Source: Phallusia mammillata
Lineage: Eukaryota
Direction of reading: 5' to 3'
Assembly (NCBI GenBank): GCA_965637545.1
Contig: OZ281496.1
Span: forward strand, 3,224,001-3,288,000
Length of the DNA: 64,000 bases
Positions within the stretch are counted from its first letter, which is position 1; every line of letters begins with the position of its first letter. This document shows, in pieces, positions 40,881 through 52,750 of the stretch. Both the position numbers and the translations under genes were made by a program. The notes under the pieces are model-generated. The model worked only from the letters and a program-made list of their open reading frames with translations, searched no databases and had not been told where the DNA came from.

Positions 40881-42481
40881 TTTACAATAAAACTGCTGGA
40901 TGAGCAATACTTTTTTAAACAATATCCAGCATTTCTTCTTTTAATGCAATCTGAAGAACAAATGCATCATTGTGCACTGTATCGCGTGACTTGCTATCAA
41001 AAACCAGAGACAATATTTATTTTTACACAAATAAATGCTATTTTTGTTTTCAATTTTGTCATCGAACGTTTTTTATTTGCTGTAGATCATTTGCATGTAT
41101 GTCTGGTCATCTGTACTTTCGGGTGATGTTTAACCGCATAATATTCGTTCCGTACAACCTTTTTCATGTGTCATTTTGGGTTAAATAGGAACGCAAATGT
41201 ACAAAGTCGTTTGTAAATTTTTGTAGTCAGCCAGGCTTGTTTAAACTGCTTGAGGCAAAAGTGTAATCAAGAGTTTGTAACAACATCTTTTATTATGTTG
41301 CACTTGAACCCGCAAAGAATCGAATAAATTATTGCCCTTTTTGTTTTGCTCTTTTAAGGTGAGCGCACTGCCATATAACGTATTGGAATGTTTCCTTCTG
41401 CATCTACAGCTGTGCCACATGTCAGCGGTTATTTTTAAACCTGCATTTGCTGTATATTTTGGTAAAAAAAAACAGAAGAAAATGTTTTAGCCCAGACGAA
41501 TCTGAATTAAATCAATTTCTAGTATTATAAATATTATTGCACTAAAAAGATTAATTTGCAAGCCCACTTGGATGATCAAAACATGTTAAAGCAATATTCT
41601 ACCTGATTAGGATAATATTGTATTATCCAGCAGTAATATTTTATACAGCCATTGCAAAGTATTTTGCAGACATAAGGGTGGGATATACAAATTAAAAATT
41701 GCCATGTTCAAAATGGCATTGCTTTCAGGTTGTAAATATTTTCTACATTTACTTTTCATTTGTACTTATTATGCAATGATTCTTGGCTGAGCAAAAACAA
41801 GAATGGTTGAGCTTTAAGTTTTTATGTTTGGTAATTTATCAACCTTTGTTTCTACGGAATTTTTTATCCATGTTGATTCATATTTGTCTTTAGGTGCAGG
41901 ATTAAAAACAAGCACTCCGTGTTCAACAATCAACAAAGTCTGTGCATCTGGAATGAAATTAATTAGCGTCGCAATCAATCAAGTGTTTACACCAAGACGT
42001 CATGGTGGCGGGTGGCATGGAAAGCATGTCAAATGCTCCATTTGATGCCACGACTGCCACCGGCGTATGGTGGCGTAAAAATGATCGACCTTATTGTTCA
42101 TGATGGCTTGACTGATGCTTACGGGAAATTTCACATGGGTATATGTGGATAGAATACTGCAAAAAACATTCAATATCTCGTCAAGAGCAAATGCATATGC
42201 CATTGAGTCATATACAAGAAGTGCAAAGGCTACTGAAGATGGGCAGTTTAAAGATGAAATTGTTGATGTTGTTATTTGTAGCGTCTCACTCACGCTTTGC
42301 GGGATTATACCAGATTTATTATGTTGCTGTCCAATACGCAGCACACCATCAGCACACGCTAGGTAGAATAACCGGCACATTATAAAACACTACATTATTG
42401 AAGGTAAATTGTAAAGTATATTTTACAAATATTGGATAAAACTTCCTGTACAATTTGATTGCATATGAAACATGTTTGATA

Positions 42482-42704
42482 AATCAAGTTTATAGAGCTC
42501 TTCTTGCAAATGTATTTTTATTCCGACATTTGATTTTCGAATTCATGAATTTTCCTTTGTTATTGTGCTCTGTACTAGTCGCATTCAGTGTTATTTACCC
42601 TGATGAAGACGACCTGCATAGGACATTGAAATGTCAGAATAAAAATACATTTGCCAGAAGAGCTCTATAAACTTGCTATATGCCTGGCAGCAATAGCTTA
42701 TATA
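42482..42704 (+). mobile_element. PLE pLTR remnant (family 2) with a mutated hammerhead, inverted arm and 22-bp TSD
   Basis: Homologous to 19999-20252; CTGATGA at 42600-42606. TGCATATGAAACATG(T/A)TTGATA is duplicated at 42460-42481 and 42705-42726. Confidence 0.82.
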
Positions 42705-42992
42705 TGCATATGAAACATGATTGATATATATGCTCTATTAAACACTTTGGTGACAAGACATTGCTTGTACAAGCTAGCATAGCCATATACACCATGCCAG
42801 ATTGTTACAGAAGTAAAAGGCTTTAAACCCATACCCTACCAAAATCTGCTGTATTGATAAGACATTTTGTGTTAAAACAGCATGTACTGTCTGCAGCTTA
42901 CTTAAATGTCAATTAATGGCTTTTATTTCTGTTGTGTACTGTTTCATGTTTAAACTGATAACTAGTAAGGTCACGTTTCCAGTCGTTACTTA

Positions 42993-43247
42993 ATGGTAAA
43001 AAATAATGGCCCAAATAGACAAAAAAAGCAACATGCTTTATTTTTTCAAATGTTTCAGCAAATGCTCATGCCATCATTTGTGATATAAAGTGTATATAAA
43101 CGGGTGTAACTGATGTGACCTTCATATTACTGATGATTGCATGAGCATTTGCCGAAACGTTTCAAAAATAAAGCATGTTGCTTTTCTATTCGGGCCATTA
43201 TTTTTACCATCAAATTATGAACAGATCCGTATATAGTGTTCAAAATT
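42993..43247 (+). mobile_element. Hammerhead-bearing inverted/forward remnant (family 4)
   Basis: The forward arm has CTGATGA (43130-43136) T TGCATGAGCATTTGCC GAAA C GTT. 42993-43090 is a diverged reverse-complement copy. It is homologous to 56575-56790. Confidence 0.65.
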
Positions 43248-43263
43248 TATTATTTGATCATGA

Positions 43264-43851
<588 letters not shown>

Positions 43852-44755
43852 TAAACTGTTTGTCCTATTTATATAATATGTTGTCTTTCTATCGTGTACA
43901 GTAATATTTTGAAATAGTTCCTTTATGTGATTTTTACATAGCCTCTTAACTTTATGGTTTTTAGGCTTCGTATGTTTAAAATTTAAATTTTGGTATGCCT
44001 TGTATGTTCAAAAGCCAGTCACAATCAACCATAGCATTTGTTACATAGATTTTCAACTAAAAATGGTTAATTAGGTACTTTAATGAGCTTATAAAAGCAT
44101 TGTTTTAGCAAGCTTTAGCAAAATCTTTGCCAAACAAATGGCTTAACCAATTTTTTGCCCACCTATATAAACCAATCTTCATTAAACAATGTTATTCATG
44201 TAACCACACTAACTATTACAAAGTGGTACATTATTTCATTGTATTTTTTGCCTTACCTAAAATGTGTCTGTTCTGTTATAAAAAAGTGTGGAACAAAAAT
44301 TATATAAAAGTTTTTCGATTATTTTGTGCTGTCCAACAATTACACAGAAATGCCTTCAGTTTGAAGGCAGATATTCGAAGTTAAAACATCAATCTTGGAT
44401 TGTGTGAGTTTAGAACAGGATTTTTACATGAGAGGCCCAGCAGACATACGCGTTTATGTGCTGTTTTTTATTTACTTTTAGTGTACACATAATCATTTTT
44501 TCAGCCAAGACCTCTGGAATAAGACCAAAAAGGTCGATTCTGGCCGGAAACGGGCCAACCTGGCAACCCTGGACACATTGCCGGCCGTTATTAAAACATA
44601 CACCTGTGATGCGGCCGTCAATAGCGAAAGCCAAAAAACGTCCCCCTTGTCTACGGCAAAGAATGTACTTTGGATGGCACCGTAATAGTTAGTTAGCATG
44701 TGGACTTTTTTCTTTTGAAAAAGACAATCTACTACATGTAACATTTGTTTTGAAA

Positions 44756-45208
44756 CATGAACGACTTTGCACGCTTTAAGCGGGTTACCTAACGAGCTTC
44801 GTGCGGTCAACCGCAGCGCTAGTTACATACATGGCCTTGCAAGCCTAAACGCGGGTTTCCTAACGAGCTTCGTGCATTTAAACATAGCGCTTGTTACATC
44901 CATGATTTGGCCCACTTGAATCCGGTTTCCTAACGAGCTTCGTGCAATCCACCATGGCGCTTGTTACATCAATGACTTTGCACGCCTAAAGCGAGTTTCC
45001 TAACGAGCTTCGTGCATTTAAACATAGCGCTTGTTACATGCATGATTTGGCCCACTTGAATCCGGTTTCCAACCGAGTTTCGTTCATTCCACCAAATCGC
45101 TTGTTACATGCATGACTTTGCAAGCTCAAATTGAGTTTCCTAACAGGCTTCGTGTAGTCAACCGTCGCGCTTGTTGCATGCACGACTTTGCTCGCTTACG
45201 ATTTCCCC
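44756..45208. repeat. ~70-bp tandem array, ~6.4 units, with 140-bp dimeric higher-order structure
   Basis: The anchor CCTAACGAGCTTCGTGC and its variants recur at spacings of 71, 70, 70, 70 and 70 bp. Unit 3 resembles unit 5, and unit 2 resembles unit 4. Confidence 0.9.
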
Positions 45209-45800
45209 TCGAGCTTAATGCAGTATTCTTTTCAATTAATCAAAGTTCCCCTTTTTATAACTTCACGTTGTTGTGCAAATTTCAATGGTGTCTTATCGCT
45301 CATGCCATGAATATCCTGTTTGGAAGTTTCCCTATGAGAAGTTGAATGCAATCAAGCAAAGAACGTTCTTTGAGAAATAGCTAAAGCGATATATCCTGCT
45401 TTCGTTATGAACTACAAAGTCCATTGTAAGTTTAACTTCCGTATCTGCATCAATAGACTTCATCTGTCTACTGTCTTTTGCGCACCCTTAGGGGAATCTT
45501 ATATATCCGTCTTTATAACTTACTGGTTTCGATAGGAATTTCCCTTCTTGGTACTTCCGTGCTATACAAATCATACCGCTATAAGTATAACGGCCTTGGT
45601 GATACGCTGGCTAGAGTAGTAGGTGTGAGGTAAATGCTACGTGATTGATTTCCAAATTTTGTACAGCAGCGGTTCTCAAACTAGGGTCCGCGGTCCCTTA
45701 GCTGTCCGCCACGTAAAATTAGAGGGATCGCGTTAGTCAACTAAATTAAGCCATCATGTTGTTTTTGGAATAATTTTGCAAGGAGTAAATTCACTTCTAT

Positions 45801-46142
45801 TCCGTATTTACTGGATTTACCTGCAGTTGTGTGGCTTTTAATCGGGGCGGCTTACAATCGAGGGCGGCTTACATTTTAATTTTATACCGATATTATTTCT
45901 GCACTCGTCGATCTACGTTCTGTTGGGTACAGTTATCAACGAAATTAACAGATATGGGCAAATAGTCATACCATATATATAACTACAGAAAGTTGTTTTA
46001 GGAAACAATCGTAAAATGTAAAATTCGAGCGTGCGGCTTACAATCTAGGGCGGCTTACATTGTTTTTCAACACTTTAAAATGCGGCTTACAATCGAGGGC
46101 GCCTTGCAGACGAGGGCGGCTTACAATCGAATAAATACGGTA
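45801..46142. mobile_element. pogo/Tigger-like MITE
   Basis: Termini CCGTATTT...AAATACGG(TA) with repeated GCGGCTTACAATC motifs near both ends. Confidence 0.6.
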
Positions 46143-46789
46143 GTTGTTGTTTCACTAATATACGTTTAGTTTCATGAATGCATTTAGCTTGGACCGCGAC
46201 GAAAATTGCGAGAGGGACCGTTATGGCAAACAATTAATAAAAATTGACTACCACTGTGCTATGAAAAGAGCTTTTTGTACCTCAAGTTTCGTACGAATTA
46301 GGCGAAGATCCGGTTTGACCAAGCATTATATACTGTATAAGTTACCTTTATATAAGTTATTATCTAAAAATGAAGTTTTAAAGTAAGTAACAGCATCGAG
46401 CCAATCAATGACATGCTGCAGACTGTGCATACTGTTTCGACCTAAAATGTCTCACGAGAAGTGTTTGTTGTTAAAATAAAACTTGTCGAGATATATCGGT
46501 AAATGGGCCAGTCTATGTCGAGCATTATTCAATCGAAAAATTAATTACTCCTGGCAGAATTTAATGCGATTTTCTACCTCAGACAATAGTGGCATTTAGG
46601 TCCAGGCATTTTTTTCATTTTCTCAAGTTACTAGCACTGGTGTGCATAAAATGTTTTTTGCTTTCCAAAAGTAGCTAAAGTCCGAGTCGTAAGCAAAGTT
46701 TTTAAAGTATAAGATTTCATTTAGCTTTTGTTTATGATGCACTGTGAAGCGGTTTTTAATTCGTTGTCTTAGTGTTTCACTAACAAATA

Positions 46790-47700
46790 CTATTTCAGTC
46801 AAGCAAAATACATATAGTAATACTAATTCAGTCAAACTGAAATGCAGTAACTAACACTAATTCCGTCACACAAAAAACGCTAAATAATTTTAATTGAGTC
46901 AACTAAAATACAGTTGTTGGTACTTCTTCAGTCAACCAAAATACAGTTACTAATACTAATTCAGTTACACAAAATACAGTAACTACTACTAATTCAGTCA
47001 ACTAAAATACAGTATATAAAAAAAAAACACTAAATAATATTAGTTCATGCAAGTAATATATAGTAACAAATACTATTTTAGTCACACAAAAACACTTAAT
47101 AATGTTAATTCAGTCAACTAAAATACAGTAACTAATACTAATTCAGTCAAACAACTACACTAATCAATATCAATTTAATCATAATAAATACATCAACTAT
47201 AATACTAATTCAGCAAATCTAAATACCATAACTAATACTAGTGCAATCAAAAAAATTACAGCAACTAGTACTCATTCAGTCAACCAAAATACAGTTGCTA
47301 ATATTAATTCAGTAAACAAAATACATAATAATACTAATTAAAGAAACCAAAATGCAGTGACTAATACTAATTCACTCGCACAAAAAACACCAAATATTAC
47401 TAAATCAGTCAACCAAAATACAGTTACTAATACTAATTCAGTCACACAAAAAACGCTAAATAACATTACATTAGTCAACAAACATACATAATAATAATTC
47501 AGATACAGTGACTAATACTACTTCAGTCATACAAAAAACACTAAATAATATTAATTTAGTCAACCAAAATACAGTTTTTACTACTAATTCAGTCAATTCA
47601 GTTTACCTACTGTTAAATAAAGTACACTAACTAATACTATTTTAATCAAACAGAACGCACCCAATGTAATACTAATTCAGTCAAACAGAAACACTAAATA
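46790..47700. repeat. Degenerate ~33-bp AT-rich minisatellite (ACTAATACTAATTCAGTCAACCAAAATACAGTT-like)
   Basis: The TTCAG anchor recurs at 46927, 46960 and 46993 and continues with indels for about 900 bp. It is strongly G-poor on the + strand. Confidence 0.85.
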
Positions 47701-48069
47701 AGGGCTACTTAAACTTTCTTGCTCTGCGATCCAATTTTGAAACAGAAATTTCTGCGCGACCCCCTTATGGGTAAAGCCCAGGTGCGCACAACCATTTCGC
47801 TATATGGCGGCCGCATCACAGAGCTGGTAATATTCTTTAAAGTTCCACAAAATGTGTTAAAAACAGTTTTAAATTCAAAATATTTGGCAAAAGAGTTTTT
47901 TTTTACGTCACGGCCGCCAGTGCATATATGCTAATAAACATGTTCACGGCGGCAGGTTGTGCACCCCTGAAAGCCTATGCACGGGAAAAACAATAAAAGT
48001 ACGCAAGTATGTTATTTATTTTGACTGACATAATAACGCATATTGTTTCGCGACCCCAAAATTCTAATA

Positions 48070-48128
48070 CGCGACCCTGACTCGCGCTCTACCAGGTCTC
48101 GCGCTCTACCAACTGAGCTACACAGGCC
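48070..48128 (-). pseudogene. tRNA-like 5' fragment (SINE head or tRNA pseudogene) with an internal duplication
   Basis: The minus strand reads GGCCTGTGTAGCTCAGTTGGTAGAGCGCGAGAC-CTGGTAGAGCGCGAG-TCAGGGTCGCG. The D-arm is present; the T-arm and 3' acceptor strand are absent. Confidence 0.5.
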
Positions 48129-48605
48129 AGTGAAGAAACCAGTCGAAAGTCGAATCACAAGCACCGTTACCTGCTTTGTATGCTGTACAAATCAGTTTCG
48201 TTGTAGGGGAACGCCAGTTCGACCATGTAAATGCCTTGTCATATGGGGATGCTTGGGAGACCGGCTAATTCGGTATAACGCCTTTCATAACGCCCCGTTT
48301 CGTGGTGCCTAATTTGTTAGTTTGCCTTTTCTGCTTTCTCGCGGCCAATGAACATGCATTTCTACTATTTTGATTGTACTTTTGTCTACAATTCAGGAAA
48401 GCTTTTCGAAAATTAGTACGCTTGGTTGGAAAATCAAACAAATATTTTTCGTTTTTTCGACCAAGCATTTCCATTTAGCCCCAACTTCAGAGCTGGTTCA
48501 AAGCATTATCAGCCAGACAATGGTCAACATGTATGACGTCACAAACATAATTAACCATTTTCATACCAAGTTGTCATGAAATTATAAATGTGCAACAATT
48601 TGAAA

Positions 48606-48674
48606 TAGGGGTGTGCAACCAATTTGATGGAATGGACCGCATTTGACCCGCAAGCCACAGGTTGCACACCCCTA
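48606..48674. mobile_element. 69-bp hAT-type mini-MITE
   Basis: Perfect 15-bp TIR TAGGGGTGTGCAACC / GGTTGCACACCCCTA; TSD ATTTGAAA / ATTTGAAG. Confidence 0.8.
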
Positions 48675-48837
48675 ATTTGAAGCCTTGGAAAATAAAATTA
48701 CACTAGGAAACGAAGTCACACAAGGAGATGATCTCATTGTCATTTTATTATTACTACAACAATAGGTATAGACTATAGAATTATAGATCAATCAAGAATA
48801 CGTGTTTTTTCACAGTTGCAAAATAGAAATCTTATAC

Positions 48838-51800
48838 ATGATGTGGTTATTGTTTCTATTGTTTTTCGTCGGATTTGTTGAAGGTGAATGTCCGGGTGAG
48901 GATCTCAGGCTGGCTCCACGACCTTATACAAGTAGGAAATCAATTTATTTTAAAAACGTCAAGGTTAGGCTTTTATATCGGTATTTGAACAAAAACTGAA
49001 ATCTATAATGGGAAAAAAACGACACCATTTATACAATGAAAATAAATACACGTGTTTTTCATCAATTTGTAAAACAGAAATATAAATGAATGTATTCATT
49101 TCCATTTCTGCTTTATTTCTTATTGAAATAGACTTCCTTTGACTACTATTTATTTGAAGCATATTTTATTCACAGAACCGAAAAATCTTTCAGAGTGCGA
49201 GGAACCGTATCGTGGTTCCAACTGCACCTGCCCTTCTTCAATGTTCGAATGTGCTTGTCACAAGTTTGGTCGGTGTGGGGACAAACCAAGGTGCGTTGAA
49301 ATGATGTTTGTACACAACTGGGGCAACGAATGCGGTGATTGGAGTGATGAGTTTAGCGATTATTGTCTAGAAGGCAGGTTTCAGTGTGACTGCATCAACA
49401 CAACTTGTAAAGGTGTAATTGGGTGTGGAAAATATTGGGTAAAGCATTGTAATGGAAACACGGAATGTATAGATGGCAGTGATGAAGTTAATTGCACTTG
49501 TCCAGCTCATAAGTTTGAATGTGATTGTTACAAAACAAACAAGTGCACAAATGGCCGTGGTTGCATTGAAATAGACGACACTTGCGATGGAAGAAATGAC
49601 TGTGGAGATTGGAGTGATGAAGTTAATTGCACTTGCCCAGCTGATACCTTTGAATGCCCCTGTTACAAAACAAGGAACTGCACAACTGCAAAGGGTGGTT
49701 GCATAAAAAACAAATGGCAATGCAATGGGTGGAATGATTGTGGGGATTGGAGTGATGAAATTAATTGCACTTGTTCAGCTGATATGTTTGAATGCAATTG
49801 TTATAAAACAAGCAGCTGCTCGAGAGATGATGGTTGCATAAACAAATCCTGGCAATGCAATTGGTGGAATGATTGTGGAGATTGGAGTGATGAAGCAAAT
49901 TGCACCTGTCCAGCTAATCGTTTTGAATGTGATTGTTACAAAACAAAGAACTGTACAACTCGACATGGTTGCATCTACAAAAAATATCAATGTGATGGAG
50001 TAAATGACTGTGGCGACTTGAGTGATGAAGTAAATTGCACTTGTCCAGCTCATAAGTTCCAATGTGCATGTGTTGGCACGAAACAATGCATTGTAACAAA
50101 GGGAAGTTGTATTGACCGATCTTTGTTATGTGATGGAAATGGTGACTGTTTTGATGGTAGTGATGAGACACATTACACATGTAACTGCTCTGGAGCTCAC
50201 GCAAAATGTCCGTATGATCCTGGCAACAAACGTTACCCATCTAAAGTCAGATGCATAGATTTGCGCTGGATTGGTGATGGATTTAAGGATTGTTTTGATG
50301 GAAGTGACGAACTGTGTTCAATCACAAACTTTACATGTCAATCTTGCACAATGTTTGTCACAACTTGTAAGGGTGAGCAGCTTGTCAGGTATCGTGTACA
50401 TTCTCCAGTCCCATCAGAGTGCAACACGGTAATCCAACCGTCGTGTGCTGATGACATAAATCGTTGTGAAAACAAGAATGTGATTTGTGTCTCATCAAAC
50501 TGCAACGAAAGGAAACATAAATATTGTAAGAAGGTTTTTATTTGTGAAAATGCAAATATAATAGCGGGAAGCGATTTTTGTGACAGAGTTAGTAGTTGCA
50601 GTGACAACAGTGACGAAATCATGTCGGGATTTGGATTTAAATGCTCTGGATCATCGAGACAAGGTGTTTGTGTATTACCACAAGTCAACGTTTACGACTC
50701 AGTGGCTCAATGTTCTGATAAATCTGATCTTTGTTTTGTCAACGGAAAGTTTAGATGTTTTCAGTGCTTGGATAAAAAGTTACTCATATCACCCAAGCAA
50801 GTTTGTGATGGTATTTTGGATTGTTTTGATATGTCTGATGAGTGTTTATGTTTGAATCAAAGTTTGTGTGAAGATATAAGGGGTTCTTGTCCGTCAAATC
50901 AGATGCATTGTCAAAATAAATCTGTTTGTTCGGATCAAAGTGGGAAGTTGTGCAATTCAAGTGTGCAATGTGTTGATCAAATCAACACGAAATACTGCTC
51001 GGCTCCTAATCACTTAAAACAAACCCAGTGTTTGCCAGAAGACACCAAACACCTTAAACTTGACGAAGTATTTAGGTGTGCAAAAACTGACAACCCACCA
51101 TTAAGGTATTGGTTTCGGGATCGCATCGATTCGGGCGATGATTTTAAAGTTCTGTTGAACTCAATATGTGATGGAATAGTAGACAGTTTTTGGGGGTTTG
51201 GGGAAGCGAATTGCCCAAACAGATTTTATTGTTTATCCAAAGAAAAAATCAGCATAGATATCTCACAGGCTTGCGACGGAAAAATTGATTGCGACGATGG
51301 TTCAGATGAATTTCCTGAACTTTGCAACAAAACCCAGTTTTATTGTAAAAGCAAGGATAGGGTTTCCATTGACCGAAAAACACTTTGTGATGGAATTATC
51401 GATTGTGACAATGAATCTGATGAAAGCAAATGCCGTTGCGAAAAAGTAAGGTTTTATTGCACAAATAAACAACCTGTTTCGATTGAAATAAAACTGGTGC
51501 AGAATGGAATTCGCGATTGTTCGGACGGAAGTGACGAATGTGCAAACTTGGCTGGAGACGCATTTGCAGATGTCAACGAAATGATCGCCAATCCAATATA
51601 CCGGGTAATTTTTTGGATAACAGCTGTGTTAGCCTTGGGAGGAAATTTGTTTGTGTTTATTGCAACTGCTCACAGCTTGTGGAATGCAGACAGAAACAAA
51701 CATGTTTTTATTAACACCAGTATTTTTATTCTTAACCTTTGTTGCTCAGATTTCCTCATGGGAATTTATCTGCTTGCAGTTATAGTTCAAGCCAGGCAAT

Positions 51801-52750
51801 TTTCTGGCTCGTATTGTCTATTTGACAAGGAATGGCGATCAAGTAGATTGTGTTCAGGACTTGGAGCACTTGCAATTATTTCTTCAGAGGCATCAGCGTT
51901 TACAATGACAGCCATGACAACGTTTCGCCTTGCATCAGCTTTCAAACCATTTACAATCCGAAACATGGGTGTTCTTAGAGTTTTACTTGGTGAATTGATT
52001 TGCTGGATTTTGGCTACGGTTTTGGCAATTATTCCCTTACTTCAAGTCAATTCAGAATATTTTACAACTGATGTCTGGTTTCCAAACAACATTTTTGGAA
52101 ATGATTTTGTTTCCAGAGAAAACATATCACTTCTTGCTGAAAGAATTACTGGTGTAGAACCGGTGGGTTGGAACGATGTGAAACAAACTATAACAATGGC
52201 ATTTCCTCGCAACCCAATCAAAGGAGAGTTTGGATATTATGGGGAAACAAGCGTTTGTATGCCACGTTTATTTGCCACAACCAATGAGTTTGCTTGGGAA
52301 TATTCAACTTTCCTCATCACCATCAACTTCCTTATGTTCATCTACATGGTGATTGCATACGTTCTTTTCTACAAACAAAGCAACCGCATGAAAGAAGCCA
52401 GAAGCAATGATGTCAGTTCCAAGATGCAGAAAAGAATCTCGAGGTTGATTTTGACCGACTTTTGTTGCTGGATTCCAATTTGTGTTATGGGATATTTGAG
52501 TGTTGGAGGAATCAGGATGCCACCAGATGCTTATGTGTTGAGTGCTTGTCTGTTGCTTCCAATCAACAGCGCTCTCAATCCATTGCTTTACTCAAAAGCA
52601 ATTGAAGATCAACTTACTAGGGCCAAAAAATATGTGAGACAAAATGTATCTTCTATCGGGGCAATTACAAGTTGCCCAACGGAATTGACTGTGACCTACA
52701 ATGCTGGTGCAGTACAAGAAGGCGACAGAGTGATTGAAGTTGTTGGATAA
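48838..52750 (+). CDS. Multi-LDLa class A GPCR (GRL101/RXFP-like 7TM) lacking leucine-rich repeats
   Basis: A signal-peptide exon from 48838 (MMWLLFLLFFVGFVE, phase-1 donor at 48884 or 48896) splices to one 3.6-kb exon, 49176-52750. It contains many CD..DC.D.SDE modules, then a 7TM with GGN, NLCCSDFLMG, CMP, TDFCCWIP and PINSALNPLLY. Confidence 0.92.

Larger units (their letters stand above)
37811..40910 (+). mobile_element. Full-ORF Penelope-like element with an inverted 5' duplication and three hammerheads (family 3)
   Basis: 37811-38193 is the reverse complement of 40537-40910 plus 9 nt. A partial 5' pLTR (38185-38323) matches the 3' pLTR (40784-40910). The inversion junction falls at the microhomology GTGGTT(T)GCA. 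Confidence 0.93.

Noticed and set aside
44756-45208. CRISPR-like repeat/spacer array
   Set aside because: The variable parts are only about 10-15 nt and are themselves repeated, there are no cas genes, and the context is eukaryotic.
45230-45610. Possible decayed viral/Polinton-like coding segment on the minus strand
   Set aside because: About 110 codons with internal stops and no identifiable motif, which is not distinguishable from chance without a search.
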